A stretch of DNA of 59,515 nucleotides, filler included, from Perkinsus olseni (GCA_013115125.1; 2 parts of 2 records of this genome joined end to end with filler, not necessarily neighbours in it); one strand, 5' to 3'; shown: positions 26,714-39,168, numbered from the whole stretch's first letter. The notes: generated by a model from the sequence alone, not told the origin. Numbers and translations: made by a program.

Positions 26714-26954
26714 GACGACGTAGGGTTGGTCTCGAGAAGGAGTCCGACAAGGTATGAAATAAATCCTGTACTCGACAACAGCACCCCCTTCAATGAGGCG
26801 AATGATGCCCCATCACAATTGCCCCCTCCCCTCACAATCTATCGTGCCCGCATGGTCTACGACTAGTTTGACGTCGACAGATCTTCGAGATCATCCACGG
26901 TTCGCCGTGGTGATCTTATGAATGATCTCAAATGGTCAACCTTGATGCGTCCTG

Positions 26955-27619
26955 GGGCCTATTTCAAAAGTCCCCTTAAAGAGCACTTCTCGAAGTTCTT
27001 AAGCGTGAAACGGCTGGACTTTTGTTAATCCGAGTTCAAAAGGTCGCCTTAATAACCTAAAGAAGGCTTCCTTGATCCATCTCCTTCCTACGGGCTAAGA
27101 AGCACTCCTTTAAGAACGCTTCATGAGGCAAAAATCATCCGATAAACCTCTCAAGAAGCTCAAGAAACTTTAACTTGTTTCAAAAGGCGGTCTTTCTCGG
27201 GCCTTGCAGCTTAAGAAGCTTAACCTCCTCAAGAAGAGGTTATGGGGAGATTTTTCGACCTTCGAGCCGAAATTTCGACATCGCGACGCACTTCGCTACG
27301 CTCCCGACTCGGCGATAATTCAATATCTACCTTCAACTTGTTTCCTCCTTCAACCTTAAACCTTCTTTCCCAGTTCAATGAAGTTCAATGCCTCAATGAA
27401 TTAACGCGGCTTCCAACGCGGGTTCGATCCCCATCCAGGACACCTATTTCTCGATGAATTTTATGGCTTGAGAAGCTCAATAAGGCTTCTTAAGGTATAG
27501 GAAGTGAACATTAAAGGAGGAAAACCTTTTGAAACAGGCTGTGCTTCTTGAACAATTTCTTATAAGAGGTTCTTATACCTCAAGAAGTGCTTCTTTAGCG
27601 AAACTTTTGAAATAGGCCC
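26955..27619. mobile_element. 665-bp non-autonomous DNA transposon (MITE), PIF/Harbinger-like
   Basis: Perfect 17-bp TIRs GGGCCTATTTCAAAAGT (26955-26971 / 27603-27619) extending imperfectly; flanking 3-bp duplication CTG (26952-54 / 27620-22); AT-rich, no coding capacity; subterminal TTCAAAAG and CTTAAGAAG repeats. Confidence 0.85.
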
Positions 27620-28305
27620 CTGAGGTTCACTTGTGGGGTCACGGAACACGCAAAAAGGATACCGGAGGGAATTGCTAGAATGCGTAAGATTGCAAGATTT
27701 CTCAGCATTCGCGTCGTCATCCGAGTCGTGTAATGGACGCAGGAGCCTAACGAGAATTAGACGCATTAATTTACACTCCTAATGCTTCCATTGTGAAGCA
27801 GGAGATTTACTACGGTGTTCTCTCAAGTGCATCCGCAGTGTTAACTCTCACGGGGAGAGAGTGCAACCTTTGTGACAATGCGGCAGTACGCAGTGAAGAG
27901 TCGACTTCACGCAGTACTCACGGCAAAGTCACTAGCCGCCCTACAAAGGCGAATCACCGCTTCACGCGACCTTACGTTAAGCCAAATGAATGCCGAGGTA
28001 TGTCGCGTTCTGTGAGGGAACCCTGGTCTTTCACTTGTTGAAGGGAGCGATGACTCAATCGAAAGTAAACTGTGTGACAAGTGGTAGCTAGAGGCCAAGC
28101 TAGCCAAGCTATAAAGTGGTACATACTACCAAGGACATCGACCGTGTTAATGACCGCCAGCACAACGGCTGTGATTGAGTGTCTTCTTGGGTTGCGGTTC
28201 TGATGTTAGGTCTCAGCGTACGTAGCCATATCGCGATGAGGGGCAAAATAGCATCAATTGGGGTGTCAGCTTTTTCCATTTCTCCCGAGAGTACCTCCAT
28301 AAGAT

Positions 28306-29586
28306 ATGCCACGTTCTGCTTCCACTGAGTCGCCCAAAGACCTACGCGAGATGATAATACCCGATGGCTGCTCTAATGCGCGAGCAGTTTTCAACTTGGT
28401 TATGACAGCCATTGGCCTTGGTATCATGACCCTTCCCTTGGCCTTCGCTCGTGCCGGTTGGATTAGTGGTATCATCCTACTCTTCGTGGCTGGTGTTTTC
28501 GTGTACTATAACGTAACCCTTCTCTGCGATGGTCTTTGCATGAACCCCGAGAACCCCAAACGTCCTATCTTGTCTTTCGAAGACCTTGGCCGTATTTGCT
28601 ACGGAAAAGTTGCTACCGTGATAAATTCTATTACTTTGCATCCCCTTTTATTGTGCGCTTGTGCAGCTTTTCTTATTCTCCTCGCGACCAGCATGTACAG
28701 TCTCACTGGAGTGTTGTCGTATAACCTGTGGCTGCTCATCGTCACCATTCTTATCATGCCTTTCTCCTGTCTGAGATCCATGAAAGAAATTGGTATTCTC
28801 TCAGCCCTTGGAGTGGCTTCTGCTTTCGCAACAGTCATTCTGGTTGTTATTGCCAGTGTTGATGAGTATGTTGCAGAGGGTATCGAGAACGACACGATTA
28901 CGTACCATCTTTCGGGAGGACCGATTCAGCTCATCTCCGTTTTCTGTACCTACCTGCTGTCGTTCAACGTGAGCATTACCGTGCCTACCATCATGAAAGA
29001 TGTCCGCCGGCCTCAGAGGTTCCGCAGAGTGGCTTGGATATCTTTCGTTTTCGTTGGTGTGGTATACCTTCTCATCACCACTGTTGGCTACCTAGCTTTT
29101 GGCGACGCTATCACCAACTACGACACTATGATCGAAGCCTTCTCGCCTGGCAATCGCTCGGACTGGACAGTCTATTCCTGGCTCATCAACATCTGTGCAG
29201 TGGTGCTTGTTGCCACCCACTTTTTGGTGATTATGTCTCCCAGTGCTCAATTATCAGATCATCTTCTGGACGAGAACCTGACCAAGAAGTGGACCAATCG
29301 TGTGCTTGCCGAAGTGGTCCGTTGTGGTCTTCGTATCGGGCTTGTTATACTGTGTTCGCTCATCGCTTTCTTCGTCCCCAGCGTTGACAAGCTAGTGAAC
29401 CTTTTAAGCGCTGTTTTCGTTGTTCTCATTGCGTTGGTCTATCCGACTGTCTACTACTGGAGGATCCTGCAACTTCACGGTGTCACTCAGAGTCGTTGGA
29501 TAGTTTGGGTTCAACGTGTTTTGGTTGCCATTGCTTTCGTTGCTCTCGTCTTCGGTACCTACATGGCTGTGAAGGACTTCTTCTAG
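28306..29586 (+). CDS. Amino acid/auxin permease family (Aa_trans) transporter, intronless, 426 aa; paralog of 25400-26713
   Basis: Co-linear with the left copy (CSNA.AVFNLVMTAIGLGIMTLP; PSVDKLVNLLSAVFVVLIALVYPTVYYWR; ends DFF). Confidence 0.92.
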   Translation: MPRSASTESPKDLREMIIPDGCSNARAVFNLVMTAIGLGIMTLPLAFARAGWISGIILLFVAGVFVYYNVTLLCDGLCMNPENPKRPILSFEDLGRICYGKVATVINSITLHPLLLCACAAFLILLATSMYSLTGVLSYNLWLLIVTILIMPFSCLRSMKEIGILSALGVASAFATVILVVIASVDEYVAEGIENDTITYHLSGGPIQLISVFCTYLLSFNVSITVPTIMKDVRRPQRFRRVAWISFVFVGVVYLLITTVGYLAFGDAITNYDTMIEAFSPGNRSDWTVYSWLINICAVVLVATHFLVIMSPSAQLSDHLLDENLTKKWTNRVLAEVVRCGLRIGLVILCSLIAFFVPSVDKLVNLLSAVFVVLIALVYPTVYYWRILQLHGVTQSRWIVWVQRVLVAIAFVALVFGTYMAVKDFF

Positions 29587-29701
29587 CGACGTGCTGAAGT
29601 TGTTCTTTGCACGTCCACTAGGAGATCGTGATTTAATTCTCTCTATGTTTTACCTCTAGTCAGCCGACCTGCGCATGGGCCGCCCGTCGCTGAGATGGCT
29701 A

Positions 29702-29771
29702 CAGGGTGTTCCAATTCGATATGCAAATCACAAAAATCAGTCTAATTCAGCACATACTACGTGTTTGAGGC
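29702..29771 (+). mobile_element. Probable left end of a Tc1/mariner-type element, truncated by the gap
   Basis: TA (29700-01) followed by CAGGGTGTTCCAATT, a typical Tc1/mariner TIR start; partner end not found in the window. Confidence 0.5.
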
Positions 29772-29871
29772 NNNNNNNNNNNNNNNNNNNNNNNNNNNNN
29801 NNNNNNNNNNNNNNNTTAATTAATTAANNNNNNNNNNNNNNNNNNNNNNNNNNNNNNNNNNNNNNNNNNNN
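29772..29871. other. Assembly gap / artificial contig linker
   Basis: 100-nt block of N with central TTAATTAATTAA (29816-29827), which has stops in all six frames. Confidence 0.97.
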
Positions 29872-29879
29872 CACTCGAA

Positions 29880-30120
29880 AGTTGTGAGCACGTTGACCTT
29901 TCCACCCTGAAAAGTATGAGGATAGCCAATGTGAGAGCTCTAGAGAGCTGTGATTGTTCACAACAGGTCCCCGGAGAGGTACCGTGACGGTGTGGACAAA
30001 GATCCTCCGACTTCTGCAATCCTTTCGCACAGCCAGTCCCACTTGAAAAGCAACGTTGTATCTATCAAAACACCTTCTATCAGCGGGAAGCGAGAATAGA
30101 CGATCAGTCATGCAATGGAG
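29880..30120 (-). mobile_element. Possible highly decayed LTR-retrotransposon RNase H fragment
   Basis: RRIFVHTVTVPL..LSHWL and, in another frame, IGYPHTFQGGKVNVL loosely resemble the F.V.TDH..L / I.Y.PG..N..AD motifs; frameshifted. Confidence 0.25.
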
Positions 30121-33100
30121 AGAATCTGATTGACGGAGCCATTGAGAGAGCAAATATCTCACCGAAAACGTGAGTCTTCCAACTGCTTTGCTGAGTCAAG
30201 AAGAAGAAGAAGAAGAAGTGTGTGCATTCCGAGCTGAGCAGGCCTTACCGGACCTACCCTTCGCTTCGCGGGAGATCGGCTATAATAACCGGGTTCAGTG
30301 TTCTCCCAGAAACAATACCCTCTCTCAGCCCATCAGCTGTTATATAACCGATTCTCAGTGCTAGGGGCGTAGAGCGCGCTTGGAGCCTAAAGGAAGAGAG
30401 GGTCGCCACTGTCGGATAGTATGAGTATGGGGGATCCTACGGAACGAAGCTTATCATGATGTCTCCATTATCTAGCTCCGCCGTAGCCACAGGTCTATAC
30501 TTTACATCGAATGACTGAGAACAGAGCCGAAAGCGTGGGGTAAACAGAGCGCCGAGTAGCCCGCCGAATTGCATGGGCACAGACTATGTCCAGCTAGTAG
30601 CTGGCAGCTACTCAGCAGCAGCTGATGCTGCCTGCGGAGAAAACGGATTCTAATGGCTCAGACAAAAGAGATAAACCAGAATACAGACCTCGCCTCTCCA
30701 TCGTGATGAAATGATAATGATAGCGAAATAATTAGGAGATCACCTCAATAAAAAAGCGCCGGACACGTCTTCCATTATATACCCCGACAGGATAGACAGC
30801 AGCTGATGGATTAGACCTTGGGATGGAGGAATTGAAAGCGCGGGAAAAGCAGATCCCAAGCAGGTTCCCACGGAATCCTCGAAGTCGATCTGAAACTGAA
30901 AATAGCAACAACTCCAAGTTGGATTTTCGGAGTACCCAGATGGGCTATGGCTTGAAGACTAAACAAGCGGTCGCCGCATACACCGGAAAAATCGGATACG
31001 TTCACCGTAGTGATCCGCCTTGACCGCACGCCGCGACGGAATCTGGCAATCATCAACGAGGAGTCATTCTCACCCGTGCCGTAACATATCATCCGACTCC
31101 TCTCTTTCTCTCACCTCAGTAATTCGGAAGAAAAACGAGTAGGACTGAGAAGTAGATCTCCCCGGCCTCCTCTGCGATATCTTCCACCGACAGTCATGCC
31201 TACAGCACACCATAGACCAGTATGAGATCCTTTAGGAGAGGCAGGAATCCCGTCACGGGACGCCAGAGATGCTCTGTGTCCGATACGAGTTTCCCAGGGA
31301 AGTTATCCTGTACAAAATCTCACCGCCGTAGAACTGATAATAAGCATAAAATGACAGTTAACAAAGAACATTCTTTTGTTAGTGAGGGTGGGAGCTCCAT
31401 ATTGAGAGCTACGGTGGCTCGGGTCGCTCACTTAGCACAACGCTCCCTAGAATATTTCCGTCAGGTTCACGTATCGGATACACTGTGGCTTCAGGTACAT
31501 CATATTGGTCACCAACTGTCGGTCGAATGGCCAGGGTAACGAATGATCTGCAAGAAAACTGGGAGGCAGCTTAAGCGTTCAGTAGGCCCTCGACTAGGGA
31601 CCAGGGCGTGTATAACAGGATAGACTCACTGTCCCCGGAGATAGCGGGCGGTGGTGAGCATCTCAGAACCGTCCGAAGATACGATCAGCGAAGTAAACCT
31701 GTCGAACTTCTGCCCAACAAGAGGAAATTCGCCGTCGAGTCGGAGCGTCTGAATATGTTTCAGTTCACCTGCAAGCGATGGACAATGGGAAAGAACGGAC
31801 TACCACTCGTTCTAAGCGAAGATGAGTCGCAACGATTGTTCACCGCGAAGACTCTTCATACCTATCGGAGAAGTGATGGTATCTTCGGCACTTTTGTTCC
31901 GAAGCGGTAAACTGAACTGCTTCAGTTTCAGTACAGTGCTTTGACAAGTCACTGTGCCTAGGAGAACTGCGAGAAAGGGCAAGTTGAAAGACATAGGTGA
32001 CCGCAAGCCTACGAAACCTAAACGGGAAGCCTCTTGTTCGTAGGATAACCGATTCGTAGTCTACCGTTCAGGAATGGTCTGGTTACTGACGATCTCGTCT
32101 GTTAAAGGTGTTGACTACCGATAACAAGAGCTCTTGGCGCTTGGTCAGGAGTGGCTGATTGATCTATTGAACAGCTAGAGGAAAATAGATTGTTCCCCCG
32201 GGCGAAGCTAGACAGGAGTCTGTCCCCAGATTACTCTGGACTCGGCCGACATCACAATACAATGCACGCGCACAGTATAGATGAAGGTCACCTCAGCCAA
32301 CCGTATACAGCAACTCATAGGGGCCTGCGAGTTTCACGCTGGTATTGCGACTCTATGCAGTAGAATCATGCATGGGAGATTTTCAGACCGTAGACAGCTC
32401 GAGAGTGACACCATGCCTGAACTCCACCCGCACTATTGGTAGTCGTTCTTCGTGTAGGGATGATGTGTATAAGATACGAGCGCCACTCGTTGATGCCGCT
32501 CCTCGATGCCGAGAACGAGGACGCCATGGGCGACGTATTGCGACGAAGCCAAGCACAATAGTCAGGGTCGGGTCGGATGTCCCTCGACTGAGGAGCTAGG
32601 GCGTCACGTCGCAAGCTAAGCCCACGATAGTTTGTGACTGAATGGGGGATCAACATTTCCTTCGAGCATCGATTTCCCATACGAATAGGTGATACTGCTG
32701 CTCTCAGCGAGCGTAAACCCAGACAACAATGGAAGGAATAAAAAACAGACGGTGCACGGAACGCTGCCATCGGTTCAACAGATTCTGTCCCAACTTGCAC
32801 GCGAGCTCCGTCGCGTGACTGCGGTAAATGTCGCCGAATCTAGCACAGCTAAGGCTAGCGATTTTCTGCTATTTCAGGAATGGCCTACCCGGGATGGCTT
32901 CTCTGGTATGTTGGAACTCCTTAGTGAAGTACCAGTTGAAAGGACCTAAATTATAGTCATTCCCAAACTCCTAGACTAGGAACAATATTGTGGATGATCC
33001 GACGACTAGAATAGTGTCGCAAGGACAACTTTGCTCTGCTGGTAGGCCTCGTTGAACAACTCGGAGAACTAGAATCATCAAGTGGAGCGAAGCGAAGGCA

Positions 33101-33199
33101 AGGAAGAAGCAAAGAAAGTAAACTGCTCCACAAAGTATCTACCTGCGACAGTACGGGAGCGTCTCCGAACGTCGTTGGTGCACCAAAATAACCCTGAGT

Positions 33200-33949
33200 G
33201 ACAGTCTAGGCCAGGTCAGCCTGATCGACGGAGCAACCTGAGCGACTCAAACGCAAGCTCCTACACCGTCGGACCCCTTCTCGGCGCTGAAGAGCTCCTT
33301 GCTGTCTACCACTCGCCACTCTCCCGTTCCATCAGCGTTGTCTTCAGCCGGCGATGTATACCTCTCCCCGTAGGTCAGAGCCATGCCAGCGATCCAAACC
33401 ATCACATTCGAGAGCATGTCCCGGCTCATGTCGTATATATGACCCTCCAGGCCTTTCCCTAAGTCTACCATCTGACTAAGGCGACCTACTCAAGCACGTA
33501 GAGTGGCGTACCTCCTTCGGGGCCTTTAGGATCTTCAGCAAGAAGAGCTCCAGGCTGGATCCTTCCCCTTGCAGCAAGCTTTGTAAAATCTGTCTTACTA
33601 GTATTGAGCGCGGAAGAACAGGCGTGCGGCAACTACATCTCGGAGGACTCGGAATATGTGCAGGCATAAGTAAAGTCTAGTTCTCCAACTCAACTGCATC
33701 ACTGACCTGACCGACCAGCAGCCTCAGGCAATCAGTGGTAGATTCGAGGGCTGGTGAATTGCGATGGAACCCTGTCTATAAAATAGTCTTCCACTTGCAC
33801 TTGCATTCAGTGATAGATTGTATTGATACCACATATTGAAGTGCTCGTATAAGCAGTTGAGTGCCCTCCGGGGTCAGATAGGGTACGCTATGGTACACGG
33901 CGTTTAGGAGGGCCTTAAATACATCAATGATTGGGAGATGAACGGCCAT
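33200..33949 (-). pseudogene. Alpha/beta-hydrolase paralog E, internally deleted (lacks HGGG and GDSAG)
   Basis: N-terminal SVPYLTPEGTQLL and exon LLQGEGSSLELFLLKILKAPKE|gt match the other copies, then the sequence jumps to [23 protein letters not shown]; catalytic exon portion absent. Confidence 0.6.
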
Positions 33950-34200
33950 TCTCTGGACTTGAGTTGTACTGCGACTGTGCGTCCGAGATGAATATCTACC
34001 TACAACTTGAGCACGAAGTGCTCTACACAACCATGACTGGTGAGCTTGGCAGGGAATTCTCAGGGGCATTCAACACAGTGAAATGATGAGCCGGTCATTG
34101 ACAACTCGACACAACGGCACAAGAAGAAGGTCAGTATTTGCGAGATCATCAATGTATGTCGAGTACGACATCATCCTGATGATCATCGTCATCATCAACG

Positions 34201-36251
34201 TCACGCTGCCTGGGCCATCGCCACTTCCTTCTGACACATTTCATTGCCGTCCAATGTCTCAACTCTATCTCTAGAGATGGCATAGGCTTTGCCAATAGGC
34301 AACTTCTCCCCTCTGATAGCTTTGGAAACGAAGTCAGCCCATCTATTGATGGCAGTTTGGCCAAGAGGAATCACCTGACCATGATAAATCGAGGGAATTA
34401 ACAAATACATTTCCTGTCTATCGGACAATCGGCAACTGCTGCCCGCCCGCCTCACCGACGAAAACATGGGAAAGACGTGTATCATACGATCGTAAACTTC
34501 GTAGCAAACTCCTTTCTGCGCTTCAGTAGCGAACTTGTCAATATCGTCTCGTAAGGCCTCGGCGCCTCCAACCTGTCAACAGCAATGCGACTCTCGTCTG
34601 AGCGGCGAAGCGGTCGCTCACCTGTAGTAATATCGGCACGTTTCCGAATGCCTGAGGATCAACTTTCCCGTAGGCGACCGAGAACAGGGGATGCTGAGAA
34701 GAACGGGATTTGTACGATCACAAGAAGCTAGATCAGAGCATCCGCCTACTACCGGCACACTTACCTTTTCCATCCTGTGATCAGGGGCCATCTCTCTCAC
34801 CCTCACCCACTCCTTATCATCGAACTTGCCGGCCTTCTGGACGTAGCTATCACTTTCTAATGGATGATTTACCGTATCCATCCTCTCGCCGGGGTGGGAG
34901 GGCCTTCCGTACAATACCGAGACACAGTGCCAGATCATACCGTTCGAGAGGATATCGTGACTTATGTCCAGAGACTTGCGCGCAACAGCGGGGGCCATGT
35001 CGACACACGGCTCCAGCGCTAGGCAACACGCCGGGCGGGGCAAATTTTCACAGAAGTCGTTCTCCGCCAAGCACTTCAGGAACCCAAGCGACAAGGACGC
35101 GCCAGCCGAGTCACCCCCGACAACGACGTGATCGCTCTTCACAGGGAACCGATCTTGAGAGAGAAGGAATTTATAGCCTTTCACGACCTCCTGCAACTGG
35201 GTAGGCAGAATCTTCTTGGGTGCGGTATCATAGCTAAGGATGTACGCCACCACTGTAGCATCTTTCCAGCCATCACTGCGGAGTTTCGCTTGCATGGTCT
35301 CGACCATGTTGGTGACCAGTTCCAAATGGCTCGTCACACCATCGAAGAAGCAGTAGCCACCGCCGTGAATGTAGTATAGAACAACAACGTCTTCAGAGCG
35401 AATGGGCTCTTCTGAACTCCAAACCTGAAGAAGGTAAACACTTAATTTCAACACTACGGATCCGACGAGGCGCTAATTGCTGGCGACCAATGACTATGAC
35501 CAGACTCCGACGGTCAGAGGTAGCTAGATTCATAGCTCTCGAAAGGTATCGGAATCCCTCCGTGGACCCTCCTCATGAGAGGCATCCCCTACTACCCATA
35601 GACCACTGTTAACTTCCTTCGTCGCGGGGATCTTCTCAGTCCTCATATGTGGATGACAGAAATATGCATATACTGGTAGGTACGCCTGTGGTGGAAGACA
35701 GCAATCGCTTTTCCTGCCACTCAGAGGACGACGATGATGATTATGCTACAGCTCACCTTGCACAGAGCCTCTTCAACTCGCACGACTTCTGATACCAACT
35801 CGCTATCATCGCTCGACTCATCATTGAACTAACAACAAGAGTATCGAGTAAGGTCAACCTCACGACGGGTTGCTGGTGAGGAGACAAGAATTACCTCCTT
35901 CGGCATCTGGAGCACTGTAGCCACGAGCACCTCACCCGTCACTGCTTCGCCCTTCACCAACATCCACACCAACTGAGAGACCAACGAACTTCGTCAATCC
36001 AGCCGCAACAAATCGGGCCTAGATCTTAACTTACCGTGAAAGTCGCCTCTATCATGTGCTTGGCCATGAGATACCATGACCTTAGACTCACCCCTAGAAG
36101 AGACCTGGCAAAATTCGAGACTGGAATCCCGCTTGCAGCTGGTAGAATCACTAAGAACTTACTTCATGAGCTCCGTCCCCTCCGGCGTAACAAAGGGCAC
36201 AGAGTCCAGAACGGCCTGCGTTAAGACTTCGATCGTCTTGAAGAAGGTCAT
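34201..36251 (-). CDS. HSL-family (Abhydrolase_3) esterase/lipase paralog A
   Basis: MTFFKT..VPFVTPEG; YIHGGGY, GGDSAG, QVGGAEALRDD, MIHVFP; GT-AG introns shared with paralogs. Confidence 0.88.
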
Positions 36252-37279
36252 TCAGAAATATCGAACACGATAATTAAACTGACAGCCGCCGATAGCAATG
36301 TCAAATCACTTCCTAGCGAGGTACGACAGCATTGGGGACAATAGGCTCGAAAATTGCACAAATATTTCCACAAGACAACCACAATGTTCAACCGCCGCCT
36401 CCGCCTCCCAGGATTCTAAAGGAGCAATGGTCTTGTATACATAACTGTACTTTACTGTCGGTCCTTCTTCAACGGGCAGGATCCGCTTTGCGAGACACCG
36501 AAAGCAAGGGCCCTAGTGCATGCTGCAGTTCCCTCGATCTCAACTCGAAGGTTACAATTATCGACCAGGCCACAAAAGCTCCAACTTTTCGAACGGATTT
36601 GCTCAATTCAGCATTCAAAACGCTGACGTCTGCTCCGGTCCTTTACTTGGCGAGGAGTGCCGAGGTGGCCTCTCTTCTCAAACTTACACTGCTGAAGATA
36701 TTCAACCTGCTGATTCCAGAGACAGCCTTCTAAGCAGGAGTCAGATTTTGCCGTAACAAAGCAGGTTCAACTGCTTCTTCGGACTAGGAACCACCACAGC
36801 CTCGTCTCGGAGTCCATCCTGACATTCGGCGTGATCACAGCAGCACGGCATAGTACGGATTCTAATCGTCCTTGCGGTGGAACGTAATTCACTAGATACG
36901 TCAAAATAGCGTTCCGGGAAATACAGCAAGATGGAATTAACTCTTGAACGACTCTTAGCTCTCATCACTGCGTGAAACAGCCAAGTTGCGGCTAACGCAA
37001 CACACATCTTAAGGCCTGGCACAAGAGGCAATACATACGTATCGAAACTGAATATGAAAAGAACTAGAAGAAGTCCTCGAGAGTATAACCGAAACAAATG
37101 GGTATGTGGGAATGGCGGACGACATATGCTGTCGCTAACACCGATGTCCAACATCCAGCAACAAAGGTGATACTAAATGACGTGGCGATGCTCAAGCGAC
37201 CATAACTACGTGCAGGAACAAATAAAGCGCAGTACAAACATGTCACCCATCAACGCTCAATAATGAGTAGCTGGTAAGC

Positions 37280-39168
37280 CTACAAAGCTTCAACTCTCTC
37301 TGTCGAGATAGCGTAGGCTTTGCCGAGGGGCAATTTCTCGCCCTTCAGAGCCTTGGAGGCGAAGTCGGCCCAACGATTGATGGCAGTGCGACCGAGAGGA
37401 ATCACCTGCGACACAGGGAACATGAAGCTACGGAAAGACGGCGCAGCTCGTTCACTCTGCTCACTTGACGCAAAGCATTCTCATGCAAACGCCCGACTTA
37501 CACCAGCGGCCGCTGGAAACACATGGAACATGTTCTCATAGACTTCAAAGCATACACTCTCCCGGGCTTTATCCGCAAAACGCGCGATGTCATCGTACAA
37601 GGCCTCTACGCTGCCAGCCTGTCACCAGCAATGGGAGGAGCGCGAAGGAGGCAGCTGGACCCTCACCTGTACTAGGATAGGCACATTCCCGAATGCCTCG
37701 GGACTGACGTCCCCGTAGACCACCGAGAATAATGGATGCTGAAAGGATAATGTTGATGGTAATGACAATGGATGACAAGCAGAAACCGGGTGAGAAGTAG
37801 CCTTACTTTATCCATTCTGTGATCAGGGGCCATTTCTCTCACCCTCACCCACTCCTTATCATCAAACTTGCCGGCCTTCTGGATGCATTCATCACTCTCC
37901 AACGGACGATTGATCGTATCCAATCTCTCACCAGGATGAGAGGGCCTCCCGTACACTGCAGGAGCGCAGTACCACAGCATAATGTTCGACAGGAAATCGT
38001 GGCTGATGTCGTAAGACTCGCGAGCCGCGGAAGGAGCGAAGTCAACGAAAGGATCGAGAGCCAGGCAACAGGCAGGTCTGGGCAAGTCCTTGCAGAAAAA
38101 GTTGCCTCCCAAACACTTGAGGAACCCCAGCTCGAGGCCACCGCCCGCCGAGTCACCAGCGACTGCGATACGATCGCTCTTCACGGGAAAGCGCTTCTGG
38201 GTGAGGAGGAATTTATAACCATTCACGAGCTCCTCCAGTGGGGTGGGTAGAATCTTCTCGGGTGCAAGGCTGTACTCAATAATGTAGCCCACCACTACGA
38301 CGTCCTTCCAACCTTCACCACGCAGCTTAGCCTGCATGGCCTCAATGATGTTCACGGCAAGACCCAGATGGCTCGTGAAACCGTCGAAAAAACAGTAGCC
38401 ACCACCATGAACAAAGTAAAGGACAACAACATTCTCCGGGTCAACCGGACTCTCGGAGCTCCAAACCTGAGCGTCGAAGCCATCCAAACGACGTCAGTCT
38501 CGTCACGAGACGTGTAGCCGACAGTACCCAAAGGCCCTTGTTAACATTTTCAGTCGCTGATATAGGTTCCGTCACCAAGTTGGGGTGGCTAAGGCGCACC
38601 ATAGCCGGCTTCCAGACCTAGCGAAGGACGATGCACGTCTAAGTTCTCATGGCACCGACCTACATTGCCGACGGCCTCTATCATCCTCATCACTTCAGGA
38701 AGAAAATCCCCGTCAGAGCTTGACTTATCGTTGAACTGAGTGTTGCACGGGCGGGGTCAGCAACATTCACACGACGACCAGGATGACTATAAGTCACCAA
38801 ACGCGCTACCTCATCCGGCATCTGAATCAGTCTAGTGACGACGTCCTCCCCCTTGATGGTCTCTCCCGCGATGGCCATCCGTGCCAACTAACAACAGCGG
38901 AGACTTCCCGCGCCCACCATCCTCCGTAGCAGACCGCCATGCTCACCTCAGTGAAGGCTTGGATGAAATGTTTGGTCATGAGATACCATGCTCTAAAACT
39001 CACTCCCCACATCGCTCTGAGAAAGGTCTTTTCAGCGCGTTATCCAAATGCTCAGCCCATTAGACTGAAGCACAAGAATTACCTCAGAATTTCGGATCCT
39101 TCCGGCGTGAGGAATGGTATCGTGTGGTACCACGCGTCCAGCAGAATACGCAATCCTCGCAGTGACAT
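37280..39168 (-). CDS. HSL-family esterase/lipase paralog B
   Basis: MSLRGLRILL..IPFLTPEG; FVHGGGY, AGDSAG, EALYDD, MFHVFP; stop TAG at 37280. Confidence 0.88.

Noticed and set aside
29816-29827. TTAATTAATTAA palindrome
   Set aside because: Synthetic six-frame stop linker inside Ns, not biological
30198-30218. (GAA)n tract and other short microsatellites such as (AGC)n at ~535-550
   Set aside because: Ordinary short simple repeats
30480-30500. CCGTAGCCA, resembling the start of the perkinsid/dinoflagellate spliced leader
   Set aside because: Only 9 nt match; lacks the following T(C/T)TTGGCTCAAG and GT donor
36330-37250. Hydrophobic ORFs between esterases A and B
   Set aside because: Broken frames, no ATG-led coherent model and no recognisable family; left unassigned
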